From Candidatus Nomurabacteria bacterium (GTDB taxonomy: Bacteria > Patescibacteriota > Patescibacteriia > UBA1558 > GWA2-36-10), in assembly GCA_020632415.1 (NCBI GenBank), contig JACKFO010000002.1:450732-514731 (forward strand): a stretch of DNA of 64,000 bases, given 5' to 3'. Below, piece after piece: positions 38,280-47,911 of the stretch; the first letter of the stretch is position 1, and each line of letters starts with the position of its first letter. Under the pieces are notes generated by a model that saw only the letters and a program-made list of their open reading frames with translations, did not search any database and had not been told where the DNA came from. The translations under genes were made by a program, and so were the position numbers.

Positions 38280-39266
38280 TTATTTTGCTTGTTGATAATA
38301 AAATAAATTTGGATTCAAAGTTAAAGAAATGTTGAAACTAACACTAGCATCAGTCAAAGCTGCAGCAGAAATATCCACGTCTGTGACGAATTCTTGAGCC
38401 TGCTCTTCTTGCAAAACCTTAAGCTGTTTGGCGACTGTGTAATAGTCAGGAGCAACAGCGTCTAAGGTCAAAGCACCATTATTAACTGCCGCAAAACCAG
38501 TATAAGACACGTCATTTAAAGTGTATTTTTCTAACAAAGCAAAAAAGTTAGTCCAGTAAATATGCTGAGTCAAAGCCTCATAAACCAAGCTAATTTCTTT
38601 ACCAGTTTGGTTAATCTCTTTGCTAATATCTTCAAATTCTAACAATTTAGCTTCTATCTGAGCAATATTATTTGCTTTGTTGACTTGATTACTGCTCAAA
38701 TTAGTACTAGTTGCCAAAAGACCAAAGTAAAGAACCACCAAAATACCTAAAGAGGCAACAAAGGCTGTGATAACTAAAGTGCTAATTTGTTTCCAACTCT
38801 TAATCTTGGCTGAAGTAGGCACCAAATCAACACCTTCGGCTGAATCAATAAATCTTGCTCTGATATTTTTTTCTGGTTGATGAAATTTACCCTCTACTTT
38901 TTCCTCTGCTACTTCATTTAATTCAAAACCACTTGTTCTAATTGGTCTATCTTCTGAGCTTGAAATTTCTGGTTTCGGAGTATTATCAATTGGCGCTGGA
39001 ATAGTATTTTCTTGAGGTTTTTCTTCTACTGGCAAAGGCTTAAAATTATTTTCTTCAATTTCTGGTTTTTCTTTTTGCTTATTGTTCAAACGATTGGCAA
39101 AATTAGCCATCCATGATCCATGGCTACCACTTTCTTCTCCTGTGACAGTTGACTCTTGTTTTTTTGGAATATTTAAATCAGGCGCTTGTTCAGCGCTAAG
39201 ATTATTCGCCTTCATTTCTTTCTGGCGTAAATCTTCTGGCATTAAATTTATATTTTCTTCAGCCAT
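38280..39266 (-). CDS. PilN-like protein with a long low-complexity cytoplasmic insertion
   Basis: The extreme N-terminus MAEENINLMPED matches the conserved PilN INLLP PilM-binding motif. A single TM follows at about residue 175-197, then a periplasmic domain. Confidence 0.65.
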   Translation of the reverse strand: MAEENINLMPEDLRQKEMKANNLSAEQAPDLNIPKKQESTVTGEESGSHGSWMANFANRLNNKQKEKPEIEENNFKPLPVEEKPQENTIPAPIDNTPKPEISSSEDRPIRTSGFELNEVAEEKVEGKFHQPEKNIRARFIDSAEGVDLVPTSAKIKSWKQISTLVITAFVASLGILVVLYFGLLATSTNLSSNQVNKANNIAQIEAKLLEFEDISKEINQTGKEISLVYEALTQHIYWTNFFALLEKYTLNDVSYTGFAAVNNGALTLDAVAPDYYTVAKQLKVLQEEQAQEFVTDVDISAAALTDASVSFNISLTLNPNLFYYQQAK

Positions 39267-39276
39267 TTATTTTTGT

Positions 39277-40479
39277 TTAAATATCACGCATTGCTAGACC
39301 AATAGAAGCGGCCATTCTTGGCCCAATTTCTTGGAGCACTGGCTTTAAATCCAAAGGATAAACTATCCTGTCCCAAGGATCACCGATGATCACGGGTAAA
39401 CCTAATAACTCTGATAAATATTTTGGTAAATTTGGTAAAAAAGAACTGCCACCAGCTAGAATAATTTTTTCAATCTGTGACTCACCTTGTCTTTGATAAA
39501 GATCAAAAACGTACTTAATTTCATTAATAATTGGGTTTAAAGAATTTTGGATTGTATTTGGCACCGAACGATTTCCTACTGTTGTTAAGCCAAAATCTCT
39601 TTTGAATTGCTCTGCTCGATCGACATTAACATTCATGCTATTCATGATCGATTTAGTGATCAGATTTCCGCCAGTATCAATGCCCCTGTTTAAAATCGGC
39701 ACGCCCTCTTCAATGACACAAACATCGGTATTATTTGCGCCGATATCAACAATCATTACGCTAGACATGTCATTGCCCATCAAAGAACGAGAAAGGGCAA
39801 AGGCTTCGGTTTCCAAACTTAATAAATTTAAATTTGTACGTTTAAAAATATCTAGATATCTAGCCACTAAATTTTTTGGAGCAGCTGTTAACAAAATTCG
39901 ATAATTTTTTGCCCCTAAAACTCCACGATTAACCACTTCCTCTACTGGACCATTTTTTTCTGCTTCTTTTTTTGCTGTCTCTTCAGCCTCTGAATCTTCC
40001 TCTGAAGAATCTTCATCTTTTGTTTTTTTACTAAAAATGCTTCCTAATTTTCCAGTTAAATCAGCGCTTGCCTTTGGATCGTTAGCGACTTCTTTTTTAT
40101 TCAAAATTTTCCAGTCCAAAATCATTTCTTCAATTGGCAAAGGAATAAATTTTTTGGCTTCCCACTTGATCGCTGAAGACAGGTCTTTTTTTGGCATGGG
40201 TGGCAAAGAAATGATCGAAGTAAAAACAGAAAAAGTTGGCAAGGCAGCAATAGCTTGTCGTGATTCAATTCTAGCTTTTTTAACAATATGCTTAATATAA
40301 TCAGCAATTAACTGATTATTTTTCTCTGTTGCAGCGGATAAAATATTAGTATTAATATCAGCGTAGCCATAGGTCTTTAGCTTTGCTTGGCCTTTATAAC
40401 TTTCTAGCTCAACAATTTTAACACTGGTTGTCCCAATATCTACACCCAAATAGCTATTTACCGTAGAAAATAATTGCAT
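39277..40479 (-). CDS. pilM: Type IV pilus assembly ATPase-fold protein PilM (actin-like), with an acidic low-complexity insertion
   Basis: LGVDIGTTSVKIVEL phosphate-1 motif, actin-like fold motifs, and an inserted DEDSSEEDSEAEETAKKEAEK segment. Confidence 0.8.
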   Translation of the reverse strand: MQLFSTVNSYLGVDIGTTSVKIVELESYKGQAKLKTYGYADINTNILSAATEKNNQLIADYIKHIVKKARIESRQAIAALPTFSVFTSIISLPPMPKKDLSSAIKWEAKKFIPLPIEEMILDWKILNKKEVANDPKASADLTGKLGSIFSKKTKDEDSSEEDSEAEETAKKEAEKNGPVEEVVNRGVLGAKNYRILLTAAPKNLVARYLDIFKRTNLNLLSLETEAFALSRSLMGNDMSSVMIVDIGANNTDVCVIEEGVPILNRGIDTGGNLITKSIMNSMNVNVDRAEQFKRDFGLTTVGNRSVPNTIQNSLNPIINEIKYVFDLYQRQGESQIEKIILAGGSSFLPNLPKYLSELLGLPVIIGDPWDRIVYPLDLKPVLQEIGPRMAASIGLAMRDI

Positions 40480-40554
40480 AAAAAACTGTTTTCTTCTTTC
40501 AATAATCCTGTTCTTATTATAACATATTTTATTCTTCGCAACAAATACTTAAGC

Positions 40555-40586
40555 AACAAAAAATCCTCACCATTAAGGTGAGGATA
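40555..40586 (-). terminator. Rho-independent terminator between the Cys-rich secreted protein gene and pilM
   Basis: Perfect 9-bp stem ATCCTCACC-ATTA-GGTGAGGAT, followed on the minus strand by TTTTTTG. Confidence 0.65.
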
Positions 40587-40599
40587 AAAATTTAAAAAA

Positions 40600-42567
40600 T
40601 TAGTAAGGAGTATAATCAAATTGCGGTAAGGAATCCGCAAAATTCTGCAAACCAGCTGGTGGATTGACCTGCAAACGACCGTCGTTGATAAATTTTTCTG
40701 CTGGTTCATTGTCTGTGTTATAAGTTCTTTCTAAAACAAATTTTTTAGCAATTACTGTGCCGTTGATTTTTAACTGACTATCAATTGGCGAATCATAAGA
40801 AGAAATAAAACGACCACAATTCCATTCATCAACCGCGCAGTCTGTTCCGTCAGCTCCTAAAACAATAAATGTTCCGGAAATTTCACTTACATTACGATCA
40901 ACCCACAAATCTCCCTTGATAACCCAGACTACCGAGCCGATGTCTTTTAGTCTATCAATACTTGAAACGTCTGAAGAATAAACAATATTATTAGCAATCA
41001 ACACCGGGCCACCCCCAAAAACAACCACCCCAGAACCATTTTCTTTATTAACCGCATTATCAATTATTAAACTACTAGGAAAACCATTGAAAATCCTTGG
41101 CATGGGACTATAATAAACTGTATTATTTAATTCTATTTTACCACCATTATCAATCAAAGTACTCCAACCAGAAGACCCTGGTGGCAAAAGATCAAGTGTG
41201 GAACCATACTTATTTTTGCCAGTTGAACCAACTTCTGTAATCAAACCATCATAATCAATTTTACCCAAAGCATTGACGTATTTTCCAGCTCCATTGGAAC
41301 TTGGAAAATTAATCAAAGGACGATTTTGCAAATAACTCAAGCCATCTTTAGAGCTAGAAGCATTAAGCTGGAAAATATCACCACCTGCTTCAATAATGTA
41401 AGCATTGTAAATATCTGGTGCTAAAATATAATTTGATCTGATTTTGCCCTTAGAATAAATATCTCCTGCGTCTACTTGAAAATAAGGATTATTGCCAGCA
41501 GTAATCCTTGGCGAAAACTGAATCCACCCTACGCCATTACCAGAACCAGAGTCTTGATTCCAGGCCCAACCGCACATATAGCCAGCGCCGTCATTAGTTG
41601 CTGTCGCATAATCTACCAACAAACCTGGAATGTCATAATAATTTACGCAACTTGAACAAGTGTTTTGGTTATTTTGATAAGCATTTTCTGTACAACGAGT
41701 ATCCACGCCATCAGGACCATTAAATAAACAATCTGAACATTGATAGCCAGCAACAGAGCTAGCTAAACTACCGTCAACATTGTAAGTATATTCTAAACAA
41801 TTATCACAAGTGCGATTAACATCGCAAGTGCTGCCAGGAGACAAAGCATCACATTCTGCATCAGCAGTACAAGAAATCCCTGAATCATGGCTACAAGTTT
41901 TAGTTTCTTGACAATTAAAACAACTTTCTAAAGAGCCTGAAGGAGCTCCAATGGCGTCAATCGGAAAACCTAATTCATTTGTCCAATCTGTTTCTCCTTC
42001 CAAAATCACAATACTAGCATGACCGTTGCTATCTTGACTACCCCAAGTTCCTCCTCCATGATATAGAGCATTAGGAACTAAACTTGCTGCCGGACTCAAA
42101 CCGCTTGGCGAGTCATTTGGCCAATAATAATCATTTAAATAAACTCCATAATCAGGCGCTAAAGTACTGCCAGCTAAGCCAGGGTCATCAAAACAAATCC
42201 ACCAACCAACGCTATCAGCCCAAGCACAACCACCGACAGCGCGGACGCTTTCATCGGCTGATGCGTCTAAATATAAACCAAAATCTACTGCACCTAAGCC
42301 AGGATGCCCATCACGAACACTAGCGCAATAATTATCAGCCGCTGTTAACTCACCATCTCCATCAAAATCATTATAACAATTTAAGGTCAACCAACCGATG
42401 TTTGGCGACCAAGCCCAACCATGAAACTGAAAATCTTCTTGATTCAATCCTCCGCCTCCGGTATTTGCTTTGATTGTTTTTTGATAAATAAAGAAAACAA
42501 AAGAGATTGCCAAAATAGCAAATAAAAATATTCTGAGATAAAAATGAAAATGAAAATGCTTTTTCAT
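40600..42567 (-). CDS. Large secreted/membrane-anchored Cys-, Trp-, Asp- and Gly-rich protein with repeated GWAW...GW motifs (unknown function)
   Basis: N-terminal hydrophobic signal/anchor, Gly run, two GWAW(S/N)...GW(L/I) motifs, a roughly 100-aa region with over 20 Cys, and a C-terminal beta-rich segment. Confidence 0.45.
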   Translation of the reverse strand: MKKHFHFHFYLRIFLFAILAISFVFFIYQKTIKANTGGGGLNQEDFQFHGWAWSPNIGWLTLNCYNDFDGDGELTAADNYCASVRDGHPGLGAVDFGLYLDASADESVRAVGGCAWADSVGWWICFDDPGLAGSTLAPDYGVYLNDYYWPNDSPSGLSPAASLVPNALYHGGGTWGSQDSNGHASIVILEGETDWTNELGFPIDAIGAPSGSLESCFNCQETKTCSHDSGISCTADAECDALSPGSTCDVNRTCDNCLEYTYNVDGSLASSVAGYQCSDCLFNGPDGVDTRCTENAYQNNQNTCSSCVNYYDIPGLLVDYATATNDGAGYMCGWAWNQDSGSGNGVGWIQFSPRITAGNNPYFQVDAGDIYSKGKIRSNYILAPDIYNAYIIEAGGDIFQLNASSSKDGLSYLQNRPLINFPSSNGAGKYVNALGKIDYDGLITEVGSTGKNKYGSTLDLLPPGSSGWSTLIDNGGKIELNNTVYYSPMPRIFNGFPSSLIIDNAVNKENGSGVVVFGGGPVLIANNIVYSSDVSSIDRLKDIGSVVWVIKGDLWVDRNVSEISGTFIVLGADGTDCAVDEWNCGRFISSYDSPIDSQLKINGTVIAKKFVLERTYNTDNEPAEKFINDGRLQVNPPAGLQNFADSLPQFDYTPY

Positions 42568-42611
42568 TAAAAATAAATCTTAATTTGTTTTATTATAACA
42601 TGTTTGTTAAC

Positions 42612-42644
42612 AAAATAAAAACAACCGCGTCAGACGCGGTTGTT
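42612..42644 (-). terminator. Rho-independent terminator (palindrome CAACCGCGTCAGACGCGGTTG, also present at 1111-1131)
   Basis: ACAACCGCGTC-AGA-CGCGGTTGT flanked by an A-run (a U-run on the minus strand). Confidence 0.65.
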
Positions 42645-42658
42645 TAAATTAAGTAAAT

Positions 42659-44635
42659 TTATTTTGGAGTATACGTAATATTGGTGCAATAACCACTGTC
42701 TGTGACACTATTCATCAAAGACTGCCATCCAGTTCCATTACAGACACACAAAGCGTTATATAGAGAGAAATAATACACCATTCCTGTATTAGAAATACTA
42801 CAAGTAGGCCCCGCTGTACCGCCACCATCAAAATCTAATACTTTTGGACTACCCAAAACAACGTGACCAGAACTATTGATAGTTAAACGAGCTGCGCTAT
42901 TAGTAACCAAAGCAATATTATCATTGGCTGGAAAGTACATACCAGTATTTTCATCTGCTCGGTGAGCAAGTGAAGTATTGGCTAAAGTTCCGTCAGCTAA
43001 TTTTACAGTATTCGTAAATCTTGCTATGCCATTAACTACAAACAAATCTGTCGGCGCAGTTGTACCAACACCAACGCGATTATTAGCAGCGTCAACATAA
43101 AAATTATTAACTGTTAAATTACCGTCTTTGTCTAATTTTAATTTATCAGCTCCAGCTGTCTGTAATTTAAGTAAACTAGCACCGCTGACAGCAGAAGCAG
43201 CATTGGCATAAATCAAATTTTCTCCAGCTGCCGCTAAAGAATCATTGATCTGTACTGAACCGCCTTTAAGATAAACATCGCCAGCAAAAAAACCAGCATA
43301 GTTATTTTTGCCACCTGCATCCTGACAATAAAGATAATAATCTCCGCCCGCAAGATCTGCTTCTCTGGCTTTTTCACCAGACAAAGCACAAAGTCCTAAA
43401 CCAGCACGACCAAAACCACCACTATAAGTCCAGCCGCCAGCAGCAACTATTCCTAAAGGACCAGGGGTTTCTACCCCAGCTAAAGTTTTGTCTAGGCCAA
43501 ACAACTTACTAATCACAGTCCCGTCTGGAGGTATTTCGCCGCCAGCACCTTCTCCGCCAGGAGGAGGACTCCAACCAGTAGCGGTAGCACCTTTAAAAAT
43601 ACCCGCATAGCCAGGAGAATCAGCAAAAACACCCACTAAACTACCATTAGCGTATACTCCGGTTGTGCCAATGCCTTCAACGCCAGCATTGGTATCATAA
43701 TTTTCACCATCAGCAATTCCAACAATCGCGCTATAAAGGCTGACTGGCGAAGCATCAACTCTTAAAATTCCTTCAACGCTAGCACCATTGTCTATGGTGA
43801 CAAAACCTTCCATATAAGTAGTTCCAGTAACAATCAAATTACCAGTAAGTTCTTGATTAGCAGCATTTATATTCTGAGAAACGTTTAAATTTCCACCCGA
43901 GACGTTTAAATTTCCACCGGCAACAGTAAAGCTACTTCCAGTCACATCAGCTTCTACTCCACCCAAAACTCCCAAAGCTAAACCACCGCCAGAATTATCA
44001 AAATATCCCCCATAGCCATTAACATAAGCCGAAGACCCTCTAACACCAACAGCATTATCTGAAGCAGCGTATCCTAAAACACCAGTACCACCTTTATTGT
44101 TCGCTAAACCATAAACTCCGTAACTAGGATTAGTTTCTGAAGCAGCGTTAGTCTGTCCCCACAAACCAAAGGTATAAGCTTTATTAATGCTATTCTTTGC
44201 AGCAGTAGCCTCTACCCCTCCACACTGATCACCATCTTTAGTTGGTGCACAACTTTGTAACTCTATGACGCCATATTTACCATCTCCAGACAAATCAGCG
44301 GTCAAAGGGTTATCTAAACCTCCTCCGCCGGTCAAAAATTCTGCCACCGTATGTCCATCAATGGTATTTACATCCAAATTTCCAGAAAAGCTACCATTGG
44401 CTCCGCTAATCGTATTAACATTGATTACCGAGGCTGTAGAGCTAGAGTTACTTAAATTCCATCCATTTAAATCTAAGCTAGCACTAAGAGGATTTGTAAT
44501 TGGCGGATTAACACCGCTTGACCCCGGACCAGTGCCTGGGCCAATCCATTGGGCAAATACTTGTCTTTGTACAAAGGCAAAACCTAAAACTAAAATTAGC
44601 ACAGCCAATAGATAAAGTTGTTTCTTATTAAACAT
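42659..44635 (-). CDS. Secreted Gly/Asn/Ser-rich fibre/adhesin-like protein, paralog A (658 aa)
   Basis: Signal peptide, ...AQW, and an NP..x..DLNGWNLSN motif. Gly-rich repeats follow. A conserved block AGLGLCALSGEKA...YCQDAGGKNNYAGFFAGDVYLKGGS is shared with paralog B. The C-terminal module is CSISNTGMVYYFSLYNALCVCNGTGWQSL. Confidence 0.55.
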   Translation of the reverse strand: MFNKKQLYLLAVLILVLGFAFVQRQVFAQWIGPGTGPGSSGVNPPITNPLSASLDLNGWNLSNSSSTASVINVNTISGANGSFSGNLDVNTIDGHTVAEFLTGGGGLDNPLTADLSGDGKYGVIELQSCAPTKDGDQCGGVEATAAKNSINKAYTFGLWGQTNAASETNPSYGVYGLANNKGGTGVLGYAASDNAVGVRGSSAYVNGYGGYFDNSGGGLALGVLGGVEADVTGSSFTVAGGNLNVSGGNLNVSQNINAANQELTGNLIVTGTTYMEGFVTIDNGASVEGILRVDASPVSLYSAIVGIADGENYDTNAGVEGIGTTGVYANGSLVGVFADSPGYAGIFKGATATGWSPPPGGEGAGGEIPPDGTVISKLFGLDKTLAGVETPGPLGIVAAGGWTYSGGFGRAGLGLCALSGEKAREADLAGGDYYLYCQDAGGKNNYAGFFAGDVYLKGGSVQINDSLAAAGENLIYANAASAVSGASLLKLQTAGADKLKLDKDGNLTVNNFYVDAANNRVGVGTTAPTDLFVVNGIARFTNTVKLADGTLANTSLAHRADENTGMYFPANDNIALVTNSAARLTINSSGHVVLGSPKVLDFDGGGTAGPTCSISNTGMVYYFSLYNALCVCNGTGWQSLMNSVTDSGYCTNITYTPK

Positions 44636-44742
44636 ATTTTTTATTTTTCAATAATCTCTTTTTATTATACTAAAATTTAGCAAAAATAACAAATCCAGAC
44701 AAAATAAATTACCTGGATTGTTAAAAAAATTTAAAATTTTAT

Positions 44743-46266
44743 CTAGCTAGGAAAATAAGTGCCGTTGGTACACATGCCATTAGGAAGTCCAGGAACTAAA
44801 TTCGCCCAACCGCTAGCCCCTCGACACAGACATAAAGAATTATAATTACTAAAATAATAAACAATTCCCTCTTCTCCTGCTTTACAGGATGGCGCGGAAA
44901 TTCCTCCCCTAAAATCTATGTAACTAGCATCACTATTTAAAAACAAACTGCCATCAGCATTAAGATCACTAGCGCTAAGACTAGAAGCAAAGTACCCTGC
45001 ACCATCTTTAGATACTCTAAATTTATCAAGGCCATTATTTTGCAACTTAATCAAATGTGAACCAGCGGCAGCTGAAGAAGCGTTGCCATAAATCAAATTT
45101 TCATTAGCAGCTGTTAGGCTACCACGAATTTGCAAAGAACCGTCTTTAAGATAAACATCACCTGCAAAAAAACCAGCGTAGTTATTTTTACCATTTGTAT
45201 CCTGACAATAATTATAATAGTTTGGAGAATCTCCCAAAGCAAAATCTTTGGCTCCAGACAAAGCACACAAACCAAGTCCTGCGTGAGTCAAGGTACCACC
45301 GCCATTAGAGCCGCCAGCAGCAATCAAACCGATAGTATAGGGAGTGTAATTCCCAACCGCAGCTTGAACATGGTTTGCTCCAAGTAAACTAATCACCACC
45401 CCATTTTCTATTGGCTCCTCATTAAACTCACCTCCTGGTGGCGGAATAATTGAAATTGTTCTAGCTCCTTTTGCTAAGACTCCTTGTTCACCGTAGCCAT
45501 AGACCCCAACAACATCTCCTCCGCCATAAATACCAACGTTGCCATAGCCTTGTACTCCAGCATTAACGCCATCATAGCTTGCTACACCAACAATTGGACT
45601 TAAATCATTTTCAGTTTCCACATACAATTGACCACCATTTGCTAGTAACACCATGCCGTCAAAATACCCAGCATAATCACCTGTTCCGGCGTGTCCATAA
45701 ACACCAGCTCCGCCTGGTTTATTGCTCTGACCAAAAACACCATTGCTGCCCAAGCCAAAAACTCCAGGCGTACTCAAAGTATTTGCTGTTTCGCCATAGA
45801 CCGCATAACCATTGTTAGCTTTACCATAAACTGCAATTCCGCCAGCATTATTTGCTTCAGCAAAAACCGCATAGCTTGGATTGCTACCACTATTAGTAAT
45901 CGTCTTGGAATACAAGCCGTAAGTACGCGCATTCACAGACGAATTAACCTTGCTTGCTGTCGCGCCAAAAGCCCATTTGGTTTCATTGGCATTTGCCGGA
46001 GAGCTGGTAATATCCAAAGAACCAGCGTTCATAATCAAACGATTAGCATGAATATCATTAGCATTATTAAGATTAAAACCACTAAGATCCAAATCTTCAG
46101 TTAAAGGATTTTCTAAAAAATTTAAGTCGACATTGCCTCCTGGTGGTGGAGTATCCGGATCATTATAAGTCTGCGCTAAAACTCCGGTTGATACCGCCCA
46201 AATTGTTGTCATTAACACAAAAGCCAAGGCCAAAAACAAAGCGAATATTTTTTTATCTTTTAACAT
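44743..46266 (-). CDS. Secreted Gly-rich fibre/adhesin-like protein, paralog B (start placed at MLKDKK, the signal-peptide Met)
   Basis: Signal peptide, ...AQTY, DLSGFNLNNAN motif. HAGLGLCALSGAKD...YCQDTNGKNNYAGFFAGDVYLKDGS matches paralog A. The C-terminal module is CKAGEEGIVYYFSNYNSLCLCRGASGWANL. The hairpin at 46317-46346 would sit inside the longer track ORF. Confidence 0.55.
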   Translation of the reverse strand: MLKDKKIFALFLALAFVLMTTIWAVSTGVLAQTYNDPDTPPPGGNVDLNFLENPLTEDLDLSGFNLNNANDIHANRLIMNAGSLDITSSPANANETKWAFGATASKVNSSVNARTYGLYSKTITNSGSNPSYAVFAEANNAGGIAVYGKANNGYAVYGETANTLSTPGVFGLGSNGVFGQSNKPGGAGVYGHAGTGDYAGYFDGMVLLANGGQLYVETENDLSPIVGVASYDGVNAGVQGYGNVGIYGGGDVVGVYGYGEQGVLAKGARTISIIPPPGGEFNEEPIENGVVISLLGANHVQAAVGNYTPYTIGLIAAGGSNGGGTLTHAGLGLCALSGAKDFALGDSPNYYNYCQDTNGKNNYAGFFAGDVYLKDGSLQIRGSLTAANENLIYGNASSAAAGSHLIKLQNNGLDKFRVSKDGAGYFASSLSASDLNADGSLFLNSDASYIDFRGGISAPSCKAGEEGIVYYFSNYNSLCLCRGASGWANLVPGLPNGMCTNGTYFPS

Positions 46267-46310
46267 AATTTTATTTTTATTAACTATATTATAACACAAA
46301 ACTCTCTGAA

Positions 46311-46346
46311 TAAAAAACACCGCAACTTAAATCAGTTGCGGTGTTT
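46311..46346 (-). terminator. Rho-independent terminator downstream of fibre paralog C
   Basis: Perfect 12-bp stem AACACCGCAACT-TAAATC-AGTTGCGGTGTT with a flanking A-run. Confidence 0.65.
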
Positions 46347-46362
46347 TAAAATTTAAATTATT

Positions 46363-47772
46363 TTATTTTGATGCACAAAGAGAATCTGCTTTACCATTAA
46401 CCATCGAAATCCAAGATGAACCATCGCAATAACACAAAACTTTATTTGTCTCAAAATTATAAACAATTCCATCACTTCCTGATTTACAAGCTGGCGCCTT
46501 AGAATCATCGTCGTCATTAAAATCAAAATAACTACCGTTGCTACTGCTAAAAGTAACAGGGGCTCCGCTCTTCAAGGCAATACTACCTCCTGCTGTCAAA
46601 CCAGAATTAAAAGTACTAGCGCCAGCAACAACTCCTGAAGTAAATGTTCCTTGAGTTGCTGAAATTGTGCTAGCAAAAACACCAGCACCCAAAGCAGTCA
46701 CTCTAAATTTATCTGTGCCATTATTCTGTAATCTTAATAAATGCGCAGAGTTAGAGCTTCCTGAGGGAGCATTGGCATAAATGATATTTTCACTAGAAAG
46801 CAAAGCTGTCGTTGGCTGAATTTGCATCATTCCGTCTTGATAATAATCTCCAAGCAAATGTAATTTATAACTAGGATCAACGCCAATCCCAACATCACCG
46901 CCCATGATTGCCAAAACATTATTACCCCAAATCGACGAATTAACCGAATCAGACAAGCCAATTCCAACTGAATGACTACCAGCTACTGTTAACTTGTTAC
47001 CAAAGCCAGAAGAATAATCTCCTTCTACAACAACATCATCGCCGCCTAAGGCGACCGAATAAGCTCCAGTGCCCTTAGCAGCATAGCCAAAAGAAAAAGC
47101 ATAATCTCCATCAGCAGTAGCATTTTGACCACCAGCAAAAGAATAGGCACCATTAGCATTGTTATTATTACCGATTGCTAAAGCGCCAGCAATGCCAACA
47201 GGACCAGAAAAATAACCAGCCCAACCAGAATTTCCTAAGCCATAAATTGCAGTTCCTCCAGCGTTATTAGAAACTCCAGCTACAGCATAACTACTCGCTA
47301 CTCCGCTACCCGCCACAGTTGAGGCATAAAGCCCATAAGAAGCTTGTCCTGAACCAACTACTCCTGCTGTAAAAGTCCCAGCCGAACTAGAACCAAGCGG
47401 TCCGGTAATACTTAAAGTGCTATCATCCGCTGTAATATCGATCGTCCCGTATCCAACGCCAGGAGTATGTGGCATTGTCAATGTGTTTATTTCTACACCC
47501 GAAGCATTAAAAATTCCTAAAACCTCCAAAGAAGTCGTAGCGGTTAAAGTATTCACTCTTAAATCATCAACATTGATAATATTATTATCCTCTAAATCAA
47601 CATTACCAGTTTGATCAGGAATCAAAGGAGTATTAACTCCACTATTATCCCCTGGATCTGTTGAAGGAGCTTGCCAGGCAGCCAAAACATAATTTTGAAT
47701 TAAGATTAAACTCAAAACTGAAGCTGCTAAAACTAACAAACTTAAATGCCAATTGGCTAAAACTTTTTTCAT
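46363..47772 (-). CDS. Secreted fibre/adhesin-like protein, paralog C, with YadA-head-like (Hep_Hag-type) Gly/Ala/Ser repeats. Start placed at MKKVLANW.
   Basis: Signal peptide, ...AAWQAP, DLEDNNIINVDDL motif. Repeats of the form GAYSFAGGQNATADGDYAFSFGYAAKGTGAYSVALGG resemble trimeric-autotransporter/phage-fibre head repeats. The C-terminal module is CKSGSDGIVYNFETNKVLCYCDGSSWISM. Confidence 0.55.
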   Translation of the reverse strand: MKKVLANWHLSLLVLAASVLSLILIQNYVLAAWQAPSTDPGDNSGVNTPLIPDQTGNVDLEDNNIINVDDLRVNTLTATTSLEVLGIFNASGVEINTLTMPHTPGVGYGTIDITADDSTLSITGPLGSSSAGTFTAGVVGSGQASYGLYASTVAGSGVASSYAVAGVSNNAGGTAIYGLGNSGWAGYFSGPVGIAGALAIGNNNNANGAYSFAGGQNATADGDYAFSFGYAAKGTGAYSVALGGDDVVVEGDYSSGFGNKLTVAGSHSVGIGLSDSVNSSIWGNNVLAIMGGDVGIGVDPSYKLHLLGDYYQDGMMQIQPTTALLSSENIIYANAPSGSSNSAHLLRLQNNGTDKFRVTALGAGVFASTISATQGTFTSGVVAGASTFNSGLTAGGSIALKSGAPVTFSSSNGSYFDFNDDDDSKAPACKSGSDGIVYNFETNKVLCYCDGSSWISMVNGKADSLCASK

Positions 47773-47911
47773 AATATTTTTTATCGCTAATTTAAAAACA
47801 TTAATATTATAACATAAAATAAGAAAAACTAAAATCGTGTTGCTTTTAATTAAGAAATTCACTATAATTAAAGCAGAAAAAATATAGTAAATAGCATTTA
47901 AAAATAAAAAT

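Noticed and set aside
46267-46320. Upstream start (46320) of fibre paralog B
   Set aside because: It would place the perfect 12-bp terminator hairpin of the preceding gene inside the coding region. The Met at 46266 begins a canonical signal peptide.
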